Shown here piece by piece: positions 31,363 to 41,084 of a DNA stretch of 64,000 nt. The number at the start of each line of letters is the position of its first letter. Position 1 is the first letter of the stretch. Source of the DNA: Pseudomonadota bacterium (GTDB taxonomy: Bacteria; Pseudomonadota; Gammaproteobacteria; Enterobacterales; Vibrionaceae); NCBI GenBank assembly GCA_036126475.1, contig JAYYSE010000125.1, positions 12,159-76,158 of the forward strand, read 5' to 3'. The position numbers and the translations under genes are program-made. The notes under the pieces are model-generated. The model had not been told where the DNA came from and made no database searches. It saw only the letters and a list, made by a program, of their open reading frames with translations.

Positions 31363-31533
31363 TTACTTGTTGATAACCTTTTTGCCGCGGTAGAAACCTT
31401 CCGCAGTCACGTTGTGACGTAGGTGAGTTTCACCTGAAGTTGCGTCTACAGAAAGTGCAGCTGTAGTTAGCGCATCGTGTGAACGACGCATGCCACGCAT
31501 TGAACGTGATTTCTTGCTCTTTTGTACGGCCAT
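31363..31533 (-). CDS. rpmF: 50S ribosomal protein L32 (56 aa, not in the ORF track)
   Basis: [56 protein letters not shown]; AGGAG SD; between yceD and plsX. Confidence 0.97.
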   Translation of the reverse strand: MAVQKSKKSRSMRGMRRSHDALTTAALSVDATSGETHLRHNVTAEGFYRGKKVINK

Positions 31534-31568
31534 TGACCCTACTCCTATGTAAATTCTTAAAGAAGCAG

Positions 31569-32096
31569 TTACTTCTTCAAGCTTTTTAAAACATCAAATG
31601 GATTCGGCTTCTTCTCTTCCTCAATTTCTTCAGGAAGTTCACCAAACACCAAGTTATTTGAGTTAACGCTACATTTCGCATTATCGTGCATTGCTATTTG
31701 TGGCAATCCAAGGATGAACTCGTCTTCAACTAGTTGAATTAGGTCTAACTCACCGTACTCGTTCAGATCTACCAAATCGTACTCTTCCGGTGCTTCCTCT
31801 TCACTTTTCTCATTATAGTAAGGAGTATAAGTGAATTGGACATCGCACTCATGTGCGAAAACCTCATTACAACGCTGACACTCTAAATCGACTTCGACGT
31901 TAGCTTTACCAGAGATAACGACTAATCGTTGTTCATCAAGCCCAAATGACAATGAGACTTGCGCGTCACGTTTTACGCCTTCAGTTGCGTCAGCTAAACG
32001 CTTAAAAAGACTGGTTTGGATGATGCCATCTAAATCTAGTCGTTTCTGAGCCGTTCTTGCCGGATCAACTGTACGCGGTATTTTTACCTTTTGCAT
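31569..32096 (-). CDS. yceD: 23S rRNA accumulation protein YceD
   Basis: MQKVKIP, CQRC, EDEFIL, KPNPF. Confidence 0.95.
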   Translation of the reverse strand: MQKVKIPRTVDPARTAQKRLDLDGIIQTSLFKRLADATEGVKRDAQVSLSFGLDEQRLVVISGKANVEVDLECQRCNEVFAHECDVQFTYTPYYNEKSEEEAPEEYDLVDLNEYGELDLIQLVEDEFILGLPQIAMHDNAKCSVNSNNLVFGELPEEIEEEKKPNPFDVLKSLKK

Positions 32097-32245
32097 AGGG
32101 CGCGAATCTTATCTTCCAAATCGAGTTTAGTCAAAGGAAATGGCAAAAAAAGTACACTTTTTTACCTTTCCCATACAGAGCATTATGAATAGCGGGATAA
32201 CTTCCTATATCCTACTGTAAATGCTTCTATGAATTGTAAATTAAA

Positions 32246-32827
32246 ATGAAAAATTACCAACTAGTTTTAGCCTCTACCTCACCATTTAGGCAAGAGATCC
32301 TCAAAAAACTTCAAATTAGCTTCATTACAGCCAAGCCTGACTGTGACGAAACACCGATTTCAGGGGAGACTCCACAAGAGTTGGTCATGCGCCTTGCTGA
32401 AACCAAAGCTAAGTCTTGCGTTGTTGAACAGCCAAGTTTGGTGATTGGCTCGGATCAAGTCTGCGTGATTGACGGCGAGATCATAGGTAAGCCTCACACT
32501 CGTGAAAAAGCGATTAAGCAGTTGTCTCGTCAAAGTGGCAAAAGCATCACCTTCTATACAGGCATCACTGTATGGAATAGCGAAACGCAACAAGCTGACA
32601 CGCGTCTCGACACTTTTATTGTTCACTTCCGTGATTTAACCGAGCAAAAAATCATCTCTTACGTTGAAAAAGAAGAACCGTATTGGTGTGCAGGCAGCTT
32701 CAAGTGTGAAGGACTAGGTATCGCTTTATTCAAACAAATGGAAGGGAAAGATCCGAACACGCTTATTGGTCTACCGCTCATCGACCTAGTCGATATGTTG
32801 GATGCGCAAGGAGTGAATGTGCTTTAA
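32246..32827 (+). CDS. yceF: Maf family nucleoside triphosphate pyrophosphatase
   Basis: LASTSPFR, IGSDQV, CAGSFKCEGLG. Confidence 0.93.
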   Translation: MKNYQLVLASTSPFRQEILKKLQISFITAKPDCDETPISGETPQELVMRLAETKAKSCVVEQPSLVIGSDQVCVIDGEIIGKPHTREKAIKQLSRQSGKSITFYTGITVWNSETQQADTRLDTFIVHFRDLTEQKIISYVEKEEPYWCAGSFKCEGLGIALFKQMEGKDPNTLIGLPLIDLVDMLDAQGVNVL

Positions 32828-32847
32828 CTCGCGCTTATCACTCTTAC

Positions 32848-33031
32848 AGAGATTCCCTACTCCTTCCTTCGTCAGTCTAGGGAATAATGAAGTTGTCTCA
32901 TGAACACTGCGGAAGACAGTAAACCAAAAGTTTTTCGACCGAGGTAACACGTAAATACAAGGTACTATTTTACTCGAATAGCAAAAAGTATCGTCATCCC
33001 AAGAGTGAGGGACGAGCGAGTTGGGGATCTC
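32848..33031. repeat. Bipartite palindromic intergenic repeat, copy 1
   Basis: Unit A AGAGATTCCCTA...TAGGGAAT (32848..32885) and unit B GTCATCCCAA...TTGGGGATCTC (32993..33031). A related copy lies inverted at 40914..41002. Confidence 0.8.
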
Positions 33032-33048
33032 CTACAACAAGCACAAAC

Positions 33049-33080
33049 AGAAAAGGTTGACGAAATTCGTCAACCTTTCT
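33049..33080. terminator. Terminator-like hairpin between yceF and rluC
   Basis: AGAAAAGGTTGACGAA-A-TTCGTCAACCTTTCT. Confidence 0.75.
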
Positions 33081-33141
33081 CATTTTCAGATAACTGATAC
33101 TAAATCCAAAAAGAGTGCTCCCCTTCGTATTTTGTATCTTC

Positions 33142-34086
33142 TCAAAGCTTACGTAATCCAGCGATCGCTTTTTCTAGTCTCGCTTCCATCGGAGCTGAAA
33201 TATCCATCTTCTCTTCACTACCTGGGTGCGTGAACTTGATGTTTGCTGCATGCAGGAACAAACGGTCCAAACCGACCTTTCCAGTGTAAGCGTCAAAACG
33301 ACGATCACCATAGCGGTCATCCCATGCAATTGGGTGGCCAGTGTATTGAGTGTGTACACGGATTTGGTGCGTACGGCCAGTAATAGGACTTGCTTGAATC
33401 AGTGTCGCATCTTTGAACTTCTCTAAAACCTTAAACCGAGTTTCAGAGGCTTTACCATTAGAGTTAACACGAACGATGCTGTTTACTTCATTTTTCAGCA
33501 GAGGCGCATTCACCACCTTACAACTGTTCTTCCACTCGCCCATCACTAAAGCGAAGTAGTATTTTTGAACCGTTTTTTCACGGAACTGTGCTTGAAGGTG
33601 TCTTAGCGCCGAACGCTTCTTAGCAACAAGCAAGATGCCAGACGTATCTCTATCGATACGGTGCACTAACTCAAGAAAGCGAGCTTCAGGACGAAGTGCA
33701 CGCAATGCTTCAATTGCGCCAAACTTAAGTCCACTACCACCATGAACGGCAGTGCCTGATGGTTTGTTTAGAATCAGCATGTGATCATCTTCATAAATGA
33801 TGCACTGTTCCAATTCTGAAACCTTGTTGAGTTTCGTGCTTGGCACGCTCTCTTCAACTTTCTCTTCAATGGTAACTGGCGGGATACGAACTAAATCACC
33901 AGCTTTTAGTTTGTACTCAGCCTTGATGCGTTTTTTGTTTACGCGGACTTCGCCTTTACGCACGATTCGGTAAATCATGCTTTTCGGGATGTTTTTTAAT
34001 TGGTTGCGTAAGAAGTTATCAATACGCTGACCAGCCATATCTTCGTCAATATCGACAAATTGGACTTGGGTTCTAATTTCGCTCAT
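33142..34086 (-). CDS. rluC: 23S rRNA pseudouridine synthase RluC
   Basis: S4 domain GQRIDNFL, VHRIDRDTSG, TGRTHQIRVH; divergent from rne. Confidence 0.96.
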   Translation of the reverse strand: MSEIRTQVQFVDIDEDMAGQRIDNFLRNQLKNIPKSMIYRIVRKGEVRVNKKRIKAEYKLKAGDLVRIPPVTIEEKVEESVPSTKLNKVSELEQCIIYEDDHMLILNKPSGTAVHGGSGLKFGAIEALRALRPEARFLELVHRIDRDTSGILLVAKKRSALRHLQAQFREKTVQKYYFALVMGEWKNSCKVVNAPLLKNEVNSIVRVNSNGKASETRFKVLEKFKDATLIQASPITGRTHQIRVHTQYTGHPIAWDDRYGDRRFDAYTGKVGLDRLFLHAANIKFTHPGSEEKMDISAPMEARLEKAIAGLRKL

Positions 34087-34374
34087 TGCGCTATTGTATC
34101 ACTGTCACTTTTGATAATTGAGGTTTTCTTAGGTCTATTCTGAACTAATTTACTCTTAATTCTTGATCATCTACCACCAAATGGTCGCTGAAGTTCTATA
34201 TTTCTTTGATTCTTCGAACAAAAAAGCACCAAGATTGCTGCAAATTAAAATATCAATTGATAAATTATTTATAGACAGTGAGTTAGAGCTATCAAAACAC
34301 AAACAAAAACTGTTTTTTTTACAGCATTCCGACAAAGCAGATTGCTGTGTTTACCGACCACTGCTATAGTTCAC

Positions 34375-34705
34375 AGCTGCTATCAACGGTTTGACTAAAA
34401 TTTAAACAGGCAATCGTTCATAAGCAAGTAAATGAGTAGATAACTCAGATTAGACAGTGCAGCAATTGGCGTAAGACACAGTTAACTGAGTCCCCTTATC
34501 GCTCTACTCACGTACGCTCATGTTGAGTATTCACCGCCACATCGCGGATCATAGGCTAACTCCCTATGATGACTGACGTGCCCCAGAGCATCCCTCTCCA
34601 GCCGGGAGGCTGCACCGATAAAGCCATGGGATCTGGCACCATGAGAAACGAAATAAAGCGATAAGAACAATGATGAAAATAAGAAAAGACAACGAGTATT
34701 TCTAA
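34375..34705 (+). promoter_or_regulatory. Long rne 5' leader (autoregulatory UTR)
   Basis: 620-bp rluC-rne intergenic region with GC-rich stems such as CTCTCCAGCCGGGAG. A long structured rne UTR is established in gammaproteobacteria. Boundaries approximate. Confidence 0.5.
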
Positions 34706-37700
34706 ATGAAAAGAATGTTAATTAACGCAACTCAAAAAGAAGAGTTGCGTGTCGCTTTGGTTGACGGCCAGCGATTATTCGATCTAGATATCGAAAGTCC
34801 AGGTCACGAGTCAAAGAAAGCGAATATCTACAAAGGACGTATTACCCGTATTGAACCAAGCCTAGAAGCGGCATTCGTTGATTACGGCGCAGAACGTCAC
34901 GGTTTCCTCCCTCTTAAAGAAATTGCCCGCGAATACTTCCCTGAAGGTTATACATACCAAGGCCGTCCTAGCATTAAAGAAGTGCTAAAAGAAGGCCAAG
35001 AAGTAATCGTACAAGTAGAGAAAGAAGAACGTGGTAGCAAAGGTGCTGCACTGACAACTTTCATCTCTTTGGCAGGTAGTTACTTAGTTCTTATGCCAAA
35101 CAACCCTCGTGCCGGCGGGATTTCTCGTCGTATCGAAGGTGATGAGCGCACCCAACTGAAAGCAGCATTGAGCACTCTTGAGCTTCCTCAAGGTATGGGC
35201 TTAATCGTTCGTACAGCGGGCGTAGGCAAAAGCGCAGAAGAGCTAGAGTGGGACCTAAACGTTCTATTGAATCACTGGGGCGCTATCAAGCAAGCTTCTG
35301 ATTCAAATGCAGCTCCTTTCCTAATTCACCAAGAAAGTAACGTTATTGTTCGCGCAATTCGTGACTACCTACGTCGTGACATTGGCGAGATTCTAATCGA
35401 CAGCAATACTATTTTTGAACGTGCTCAAGCGCACATTCAACTAATACGCCCAGATTTCATGAATCGCGTTAAGAAGTACGATGGTGAAGTACCACTATTC
35501 AGTCACTACCAAATTGAAAGCCAGATCGAATCGGCTTTCCAACGTGAAGTTCGTCTTCCATCTGGTGGTTCTATCGTAATCGATCCAACAGAAGCGCTAA
35601 CTTCTATCGATATCAACTCAGCTCGTGCAACAAAGGGCGGCGATATCGAAGAGACAGCACTGAACACTAACCTAGAAGCAGCCGATGAAATTGCACGTCA
35701 ATTACGTCTGCGTGACCTAGGTGGTCTTGTTGTTATCGACTTTATCGATATGACCCCGGTTCGCCACCAACGCGAAGTTGAAAGCCGCCTACGAGATGCC
35801 GTTCGTCTAGACCGTGCTCGTGTACAAATTGGCCGTATTTCTCGCTTTGGTCTTCTAGAGATGTCTCGTCAACGTTTGAGCCCATCACTAGCAGAAGCAA
35901 GCCACCACATTTGTCCTCGTTGTACAGGTACTGGTGTTGTTCGCGATAACGAATCTCTAGCACTGTCTGTTCTACGTTTGATTGAAGAAGAAGCTCTGAA
36001 AGACAACACTGCGCAAGTACTTGCTGTTGTGCCTGTTCCTATCGCGTCTTACCTTCTGAACGAAAAACGTCGCTCAGTAAACCACATCGAGAAGAACCAA
36101 GAAGTTAAGATCACTGTTGTTCCTAACTCTGACATGGAAACACCGCACTTTGAGGTTATCCGTGTTCGTGAAGGCGAAGAGTTCGATCTACTTTCTTACC
36201 TACTACCTAAGAAGCTAGATGCTCTAAAAGAAGCAGAAAGCAAAGAGCCTGCAGAACAAGCAATTCGTCCTAAGAAGATCGAAGAGCCAGCTCTTAAAGG
36301 CTTCGCTGCTCCAGCTCAATCAGCTCCAACTCCAGCGCCAGCACCAAAAGCAGCACAAGAGAAGAAAGCTGAACCAGTAGCACAAGAGTCTGGCCTAATT
36401 GGTCGCTTCTTTAAGGCTATCGGTAGTTTCCTATTTGGCTCTTCAACTCAAGAAGAGAAGCAAGAAGAGAAACAAACTGAAGAGAAGCCTAAGAACAACC
36501 GCAATGGCAATCGTCAACGCCGTGACCGCAACGATAACCGCCGCCGTAACCAACGTGGTGAGCGTGGTGACAACCGTAACGATAACCGTGACAACAAACG
36601 CCGTCGCAAGCCTGCACGTGATGAGAAGTCTGAAGAGCAGAAAGATGCAGCTCCACAGCAAAATCGTCAACCTCGCAAGCCTAAGCAAGATCGCCGCAAC
36701 AAGCAGCGTGATGAGCAGAAGCAACGCGAAGAGCAAGCACCATCTAAATTAGCAGAAGAAGGCCTACAGCTAGCGGCAGACGCACAAGCTGGTAAGTCAG
36801 ATGCGCCAAAGGCTAAGCCTGAAGCGAAAGCAGCTAAGATTAAAGAGCGTCGTCAACGTCGTAAGATGAACAAGCAAGTTCGTGTTAAAGACCAGCAAGC
36901 TCACGCAGAAGCGACTGAAAGCTCAGTTAAGGAACAAAAAGCACCATCTGTTTCTAAAGAGCAAGCAGCAGCGAAAAACAAATCAGTAGCGCAAGAGCAA
37001 AAAGTTGCAGAGCAAGCTGAAGCAGCTCAAGCAAATGGCGAGAAATCTGAACAGGAAGAACCGAAACAACGTCGTAACCGTCGTTCTCCACGTCACATAC
37101 GTGCAAGTGGTCAACGTCGTCGTCGCGGTCGTGACCGTCGCCCTAACCCATTCCGCCTACGTAAAGGTGGTGTAGCTTCCCCAGAGATGGCTATGGGTAA
37201 AGTGATGCCTCGCTTCATTCCGAAGCCTCACCACAAACAGGCAAAACCTGAAGTGGCTGAAGTAGCAGTTAAAACGCAAACAGTGGTTAATACTCAAGAG
37301 CAAAATGTCGCTCAAGAGACAGTACCACAAAGCAGCGTTGTAATGGCTGGCGGTTTTGCATGTCCTGAACTGGCTATGGGTAAAGTGATTATCCGCCGTG
37401 AAGAGACAGCTGAAACTCAAGCAGCAGTTGCTGAAGCTAAAGTAACTGAAGTTCCTGTTGTTGAAGAAGTTCCAGTGGTTGTCGAAGCGAAAGTTGAGGC
37501 ACCTATCGTTGGAACTCTAGTAGTTGAAGCACCAGTTGAGACGGTGAGAACTGAGGAAGCCGTTGCTAAAACACCAGCCGTTGAAGCTGAAACGGCTGTC
37601 GTTGAACCAGCAAAATTCGCTGAAGCACCGAAAGCTGAAGAAGCGCCTGTTGTAAAAGCAGAGACGCCAAAAGCAACGGTTGCGAAGAAGCAAGCGGGCT

Positions 37701-37852
37701 CACCAATGACTAAAGCTCCAGGCCCTCAAGAGCTCAAAGAGATTGAAGTGGTTGCAGCACCGTTCCGCACTGAACGTTTTGTACCAAAAGGTGCAGGTAG
37801 TCAGGTAGCGTCAAACAAAGCTGGCGCAGGCATGACTAAGCCAAACTACTAG
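34706..37852 (+). CDS. rne: Ribonuclease E
   Basis: [22 protein letters not shown]1 domain, CPRCTGTG zinc link, amphipathic membrane helix [14 protein letters not shown], Arg-rich disordered tail. Confidence 0.98.
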   Translation: MKRMLINATQKEELRVALVDGQRLFDLDIESPGHESKKANIYKGRITRIEPSLEAAFVDYGAERHGFLPLKEIAREYFPEGYTYQGRPSIKEVLKEGQEVIVQVEKEERGSKGAALTTFISLAGSYLVLMPNNPRAGGISRRIEGDERTQLKAALSTLELPQGMGLIVRTAGVGKSAEELEWDLNVLLNHWGAIKQASDSNAAPFLIHQESNVIVRAIRDYLRRDIGEILIDSNTIFERAQAHIQLIRPDFMNRVKKYDGEVPLFSHYQIESQIESAFQREVRLPSGGSIVIDPTEALTSIDINSARATKGGDIEETALNTNLEAADEIARQLRLRDLGGLVVIDFIDMTPVRHQREVESRLRDAVRLDRARVQIGRISRFGLLEMSRQRLSPSLAEASHHICPRCTGTGVVRDNESLALSVLRLIEEEALKDNTAQVLAVVPVPIASYLLNEKRRSVNHIEKNQEVKITVVPNSDMETPHFEVIRVREGEEFDLLSYLLPKKLDALKEAESKEPAEQAIRPKKIEEPALKGFAAPAQSAPTPAPAPKAAQEKKAEPVAQESGLIGRFFKAIGSFLFGSSTQEEKQEEKQTEEKPKNNRNGNRQRRDRNDNRRRNQRGERGDNRNDNRDNKRRRKPARDEKSEEQKDAAPQQNRQPRKPKQDRRNKQRDEQKQREEQAPSKLAEEGLQLAADAQAGKSDAPKAKPEAKAAKIKERRQRRKMNKQVRVKDQQAHAEATESSVKEQKAPSVSKEQAAAKNKSVAQEQKVAEQAEAAQANGEKSEQEEPKQRRNRRSPRHIRASGQRRRRGRDRRPNPFRLRKGGVASPEMAMGKVMPRFIPKPHHKQAKPEVAEVAVKTQTVVNTQEQNVAQETVPQSSVVMAGGFACPELAMGKVIIRREETAETQAAVAEAKVTEVPVVEEVPVVVEAKVEAPIVGTLVVEAPVETVRTEEAVAKTPAVEAETAVVEPAKFAEAPKAEEAPVVKAETPKATVAKKQAGSPMTKAPGPQELKEIEVVAAPFRTERFVPKGAGSQVASNKAGAGMTKPNY

Positions 37853-37887
37853 TGTTTACTACTGAGTAATCATTAGAAAATCGAATC

Positions 37888-37915
37888 AAAGGCTGCTTAT
37901 TTAAGCAGCCTTTTT
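37888..37915 (+). terminator. Terminator after rne
   Basis: AAAGGCTGCTTA-TT-TAAGCAGCCTTTTT. Confidence 0.85.
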
Positions 37916-37972
37916 CTTATCTACTAATCGAATAAAAATTAATAGATATATTACTCAAAATTAGGTTCTACC

Positions 37973-38001
37973 TTGAACTTAGTCACAATTTTGGGTAGCA
38001 T
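37973..38001 (+). promoter_or_regulatory. Putative sigma70 promoter of the SulP gene
   Basis: TTGAAC-N17-TAGCAT followed by a GC-rich discriminator TCGCGC. Confidence 0.55.
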
Positions 38002-38110
38002 TCGCGCACTTATCTTTTCGACACTTAGCTATTGCCGCTCTTTTTCATCACTGTTTAGCTACGCAATACACTCGTGTCGGTAAATCCATTTTAAGCATAG
38101 CTGAGCACAC

Positions 38111-39658
38111 ATGTTCGAATTCCCACAATTTTCTAAGCACTCTGTAAAGAATGACGTACTGTCAGGCCTTACCGTAGCACTTGCTCTGGTACCTGAAGCT
38201 GTAGCATTCGCCTTTGTTGCTGGCGTTGACCCAATGGTTGGTCTCTACGCAGCATTCATCGTAGGTCTTATCACTTCAATCTTCGGTGGCCGCCCAGGCA
38301 TGATTTCTGGTGCGACCGGCGCGATGGCTGTTGTAATGGTAAGCCTAGTTGCAACTCATGGTGTTCAATACCTATTCGCGGCAATTATGCTAGCTGGCCT
38401 TCTGCAAATTGCAGCGGGTGTCCTCAAGCTAGGTAAATTTATTCGTATCGTTCCACACCCAGTAATGATTGGTTTCGTGAACGGCTTGGCTATCGTTATT
38501 TTCCTAGCTCAACTTGGTCAATTCAAAGCACCAGACCTAACAGGTGCATTAACTTGGCTACCAAGCGATCAAATGACTCTAATGTTAGGCCTAGTGGCAC
38601 TCACTATGGCTATCATTTACTTCCTACCAAAACTGACGACAGCAGTACCATCTTCACTGGTTGCTATCGTAACTGTGACGGCATTGGTTGTAGGTCTTGA
38701 TCTTGAAACTCGCACTGTTGTTGATTTCCTACGCACTATGTCTGGTGACGAAGCGGCAACGCTAGCGGGTTCTCTACCGACTTTCTCTATTCCAGCAGTA
38801 CCGTTTAACCTAGAAACGCTATACATCATTCTGCCTTACGCAGTGATCCTTGCAGCGATTGGTCTAATCGAATCACTACTGACGCTCACAGTACTAGACG
38901 AGATGACAAATACTCGTGGTCAATCTAACCGTGAATGTGTTGGTCAAGGTATGGCTAACGTAACGTGTTCAGTATTTGGTGCGATGGGTGGTTGTGCGAT
39001 GATTGGTCAGTCAATGATCAACGTAAACTCTGGTGGTCGTGGTCGTCTATCGGGCATCGTTGCTGCTGTTGCATTGCTAATGTTCATCCTATTCGGTTCA
39101 GCACTTATCGAAATGATCCCGCTAGCGGCGCTAGTTGGTGTCATGTTTATGGTTGTAATTGGTACATTCGAATGGGCAACCTTCAAGCTTGCACGCCGTG
39201 TACCTAAGCAAGACTTTTTCGTTATCGTTCTTGTTACGGTTGTAACAGTAATGACTGACCTAGCAGTAGCGGTATTTATAGGTGTAATTGCATCTGCACT
39301 GATGTTTGCATGGCAACATGCTAAGCACATCTACGCTGATACTTGCATCAACGAAGCTGGTTCAAAAGAGTACAAAGTAAACGGTCCAATCTTCTTCGGT
39401 TCAACAGCAAACTTCCTTGAGTTGTTTGACGCTCATGAAGATCCACAAGATGTTATCGTTGATTTCGCGAACTCTCGCGTAACTGATCACTCTGCTATTG
39501 AAGCAATTGATACTATTGCTGAGCGTTACGCTGCACAAGGAAAAACGTTGCACCTGCGTCATCTAAGCCAAGACTGTGTTGCTATGCTGCACAAAGCAGG
39601 TAGCTTAGTAGAAGCAAACGTAGCAGAAGATCCAATCTACAAAGTAATGTCTAAATAA
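38111..39658 (+). CDS. SulP/SLC26 inorganic anion transporter with STAS domain
   Basis: [43 protein letters not shown]...DHSAIEAI. Confidence 0.92.
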   Translation: MFEFPQFSKHSVKNDVLSGLTVALALVPEAVAFAFVAGVDPMVGLYAAFIVGLITSIFGGRPGMISGATGAMAVVMVSLVATHGVQYLFAAIMLAGLLQIAAGVLKLGKFIRIVPHPVMIGFVNGLAIVIFLAQLGQFKAPDLTGALTWLPSDQMTLMLGLVALTMAIIYFLPKLTTAVPSSLVAIVTVTALVVGLDLETRTVVDFLRTMSGDEAATLAGSLPTFSIPAVPFNLETLYIILPYAVILAAIGLIESLLTLTVLDEMTNTRGQSNRECVGQGMANVTCSVFGAMGGCAMIGQSMINVNSGGRGRLSGIVAAVALLMFILFGSALIEMIPLAALVGVMFMVVIGTFEWATFKLARRVPKQDFFVIVLVTVVTVMTDLAVAVFIGVIASALMFAWQHAKHIYADTCINEAGSKEYKVNGPIFFGSTANFLELFDAHEDPQDVIVDFANSRVTDHSAIEAIDTIAERYAAQGKTLHLRHLSQDCVAMLHKAGSLVEANVAEDPIYKVMSK

Positions 39659-39687
39659 TCTTAAACATCACTGTACGCTAGATATAG

Positions 39688-39717
39688 AAAGGCCGACATT
39701 CAATGTCGGCCTTTTTT
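39688..39717. terminator. Bidirectional terminator
   Basis: AAAGGCCGACAT-TCA-ATGTCGGCCTTTTTT. Confidence 0.85.
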
Positions 39718-39760
39718 ATACTTCGCGTTCAAGCGTTCTACAACTCTTATATTCTCGAGA

Positions 39761-40210
39761 TCAAATCGAGCTTAATATCGCTTCGCTAGATTCTTCGATT
39801 AAGTCCAAAACCAGTTCGAACCCATCACCCTCTCCATAATACGGATCAGGCACCTCTTGATACTGTGAGTCACCGAAACTTAAAAACAACGCCAGTTTGT
39901 ACTGCAAGTGTGCTGGGCATTGGCTCATTAAGTCAGTCAAATTAGCTCTATCTGCTGCGAGTATTAAGTCAAACTCTTCGAAATCATTTGCGACGACTTT
40001 TCTTGAAGTAATGCCTTTAAAGCTATAGCCTCGCTTCTCTCCTGCCACTTTAGAGCGCGAGTCTGGCGGATTACCTTGATGGAAGCCTATCGTCCCCGCT
40101 GAGTCGACTAGAACATCAATATTGAGCTGCTGTGCCTTCTTTCGTAATACCGCTTCACCTGTTGGCGAGCGACAAATATTGCCCATGCAAACCACGAGTA
40201 TCTTTTTCAT
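39761..40210 (-). CDS. Low-molecular-weight protein tyrosine phosphatase
   Basis: VCMGNICRSP P-loop, DPYY. Confidence 0.95.
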   Translation of the reverse strand: MKKILVVCMGNICRSPTGEAVLRKKAQQLNIDVLVDSAGTIGFHQGNPPDSRSKVAGEKRGYSFKGITSRKVVANDFEEFDLILAADRANLTDLMSQCPAHLQYKLALFLSFGDSQYQEVPDPYYGEGDGFELVLDLIEESSEAILSSI

Positions 40211-40294
40211 CCGTAATCACCTGTTCTTCCGATGGTTTTTGCTATCGTTAAGTTAGGCTATGATAGGCGCAATCACAACTTAAAAGGATTTGTT

Positions 40295-40900
40295 ATGTCG
40301 ACTGAAGACAACAAAGAACAACGTCATAAAGTAAGACAGCAGAAAGTAAAAGAACAAGTCGATGCTCGTGTCGCTGCAGCACAAGAAGTAAAAGGCCTGT
40401 TACTGGTCATCACTGGTAATGGCAAAGGCAAATCGACCTCTGGGTTTGGCACCATAACTCGCGCAGTAGGCCACGGTAAGAAATGTGCAGTTGCTCAGTT
40501 TGTTAAAGGCACTTGGGATAACGGTGAGAAAAATGTCCTGCAAAAACTAGATGTCGAGTTCCAAGTAATGGGTACTGGTTTTACGTGGGAAACACAAAAT
40601 AAAGCGCAAGATATTGAAGCAGCACAACGCGTATGGAAAGAATGTAAACGCATGCTGGCTGACGAGTCGATTGATGTGATTTTGTTTGATGAGCTGACTT
40701 ACATGGTGAGCTACGGCTACATTGAGCTAGATGAAGTCGTTGATGCGCTTAACAACCGTCCGAAGATGCAATCAGTGATCATTACAGGCCGTGGGGCGCA
40801 CCGCACACTGACTGAAATGGCAGACACCGTATCAGAGGTACGTAATGTGAAGCACGCTTTCGAATCTGGTGTTAAAGCACTACAAGGCGTTGACTGGTAA
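40295..40900 (+). CDS. cobO: Cob(I)alamin adenosyltransferase
   Basis: TGNGKGKST, QFVKG, GFTWETQ, ITGR; ATG behind AAGGA. Confidence 0.94.
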   Translation: MSTEDNKEQRHKVRQQKVKEQVDARVAAAQEVKGLLLVITGNGKGKSTSGFGTITRAVGHGKKCAVAQFVKGTWDNGEKNVLQKLDVEFQVMGTGFTWETQNKAQDIEAAQRVWKECKRMLADESIDVILFDELTYMVSYGYIELDEVVDALNNRPKMQSVIITGRGAHRTLTEMADTVSEVRNVKHAFESGVKALQGVDW

Positions 40901-40913
40901 TCACCTTCAACCC

Positions 40914-41002
40914 GAGATCCCCAACTCGTCCCTCCCTCTCGAAGATGACGCCCACTAAGCTGTCATTCCCTAGAGGAGGGATGAGTGTCGTAGGGAATCT
41001 CT
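40914..41002. repeat. Bipartite palindromic intergenic repeat, copy 2 (inverted relative to copy 1)
   Basis: GAGATCCCCAACTCGTCCCTC...GATGAC (40914..40949) and GTCATTCCCTAG...GTAGGGAATCTCT (40962..41002). Confidence 0.8.
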
Positions 41003-41026
41003 CTTGAGTATTATCGGTGCCAAAAT

Positions 41027-41068
41027 AAAAAGCGCCATTCCTAGAATAGGAATGGCGCTTTATTTTTT
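41027..41068. terminator. Bidirectional terminator between cobO and asmA
   Basis: AAAAAGCGCCATTCCTA-GAA-TAGGAATGGCGCTTTATTTTTT. Confidence 0.85.
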
Positions 41069-41084
41069 ATATAGCGAGTAATCG

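Noticed and set aside
33049-33080. Hairpin as part of the dispersed palindromic repeat
   Set aside because: Shares no sequence with the 40914..41002 copy; treated as an ordinary terminator.
36480-37700. Low-complexity R/N/Q- and E/A/V/P-rich repeats in rne
   Set aside because: Normal intrinsically disordered RNase E scaffold; the reading frame is intact and this is not a separate repeat element.
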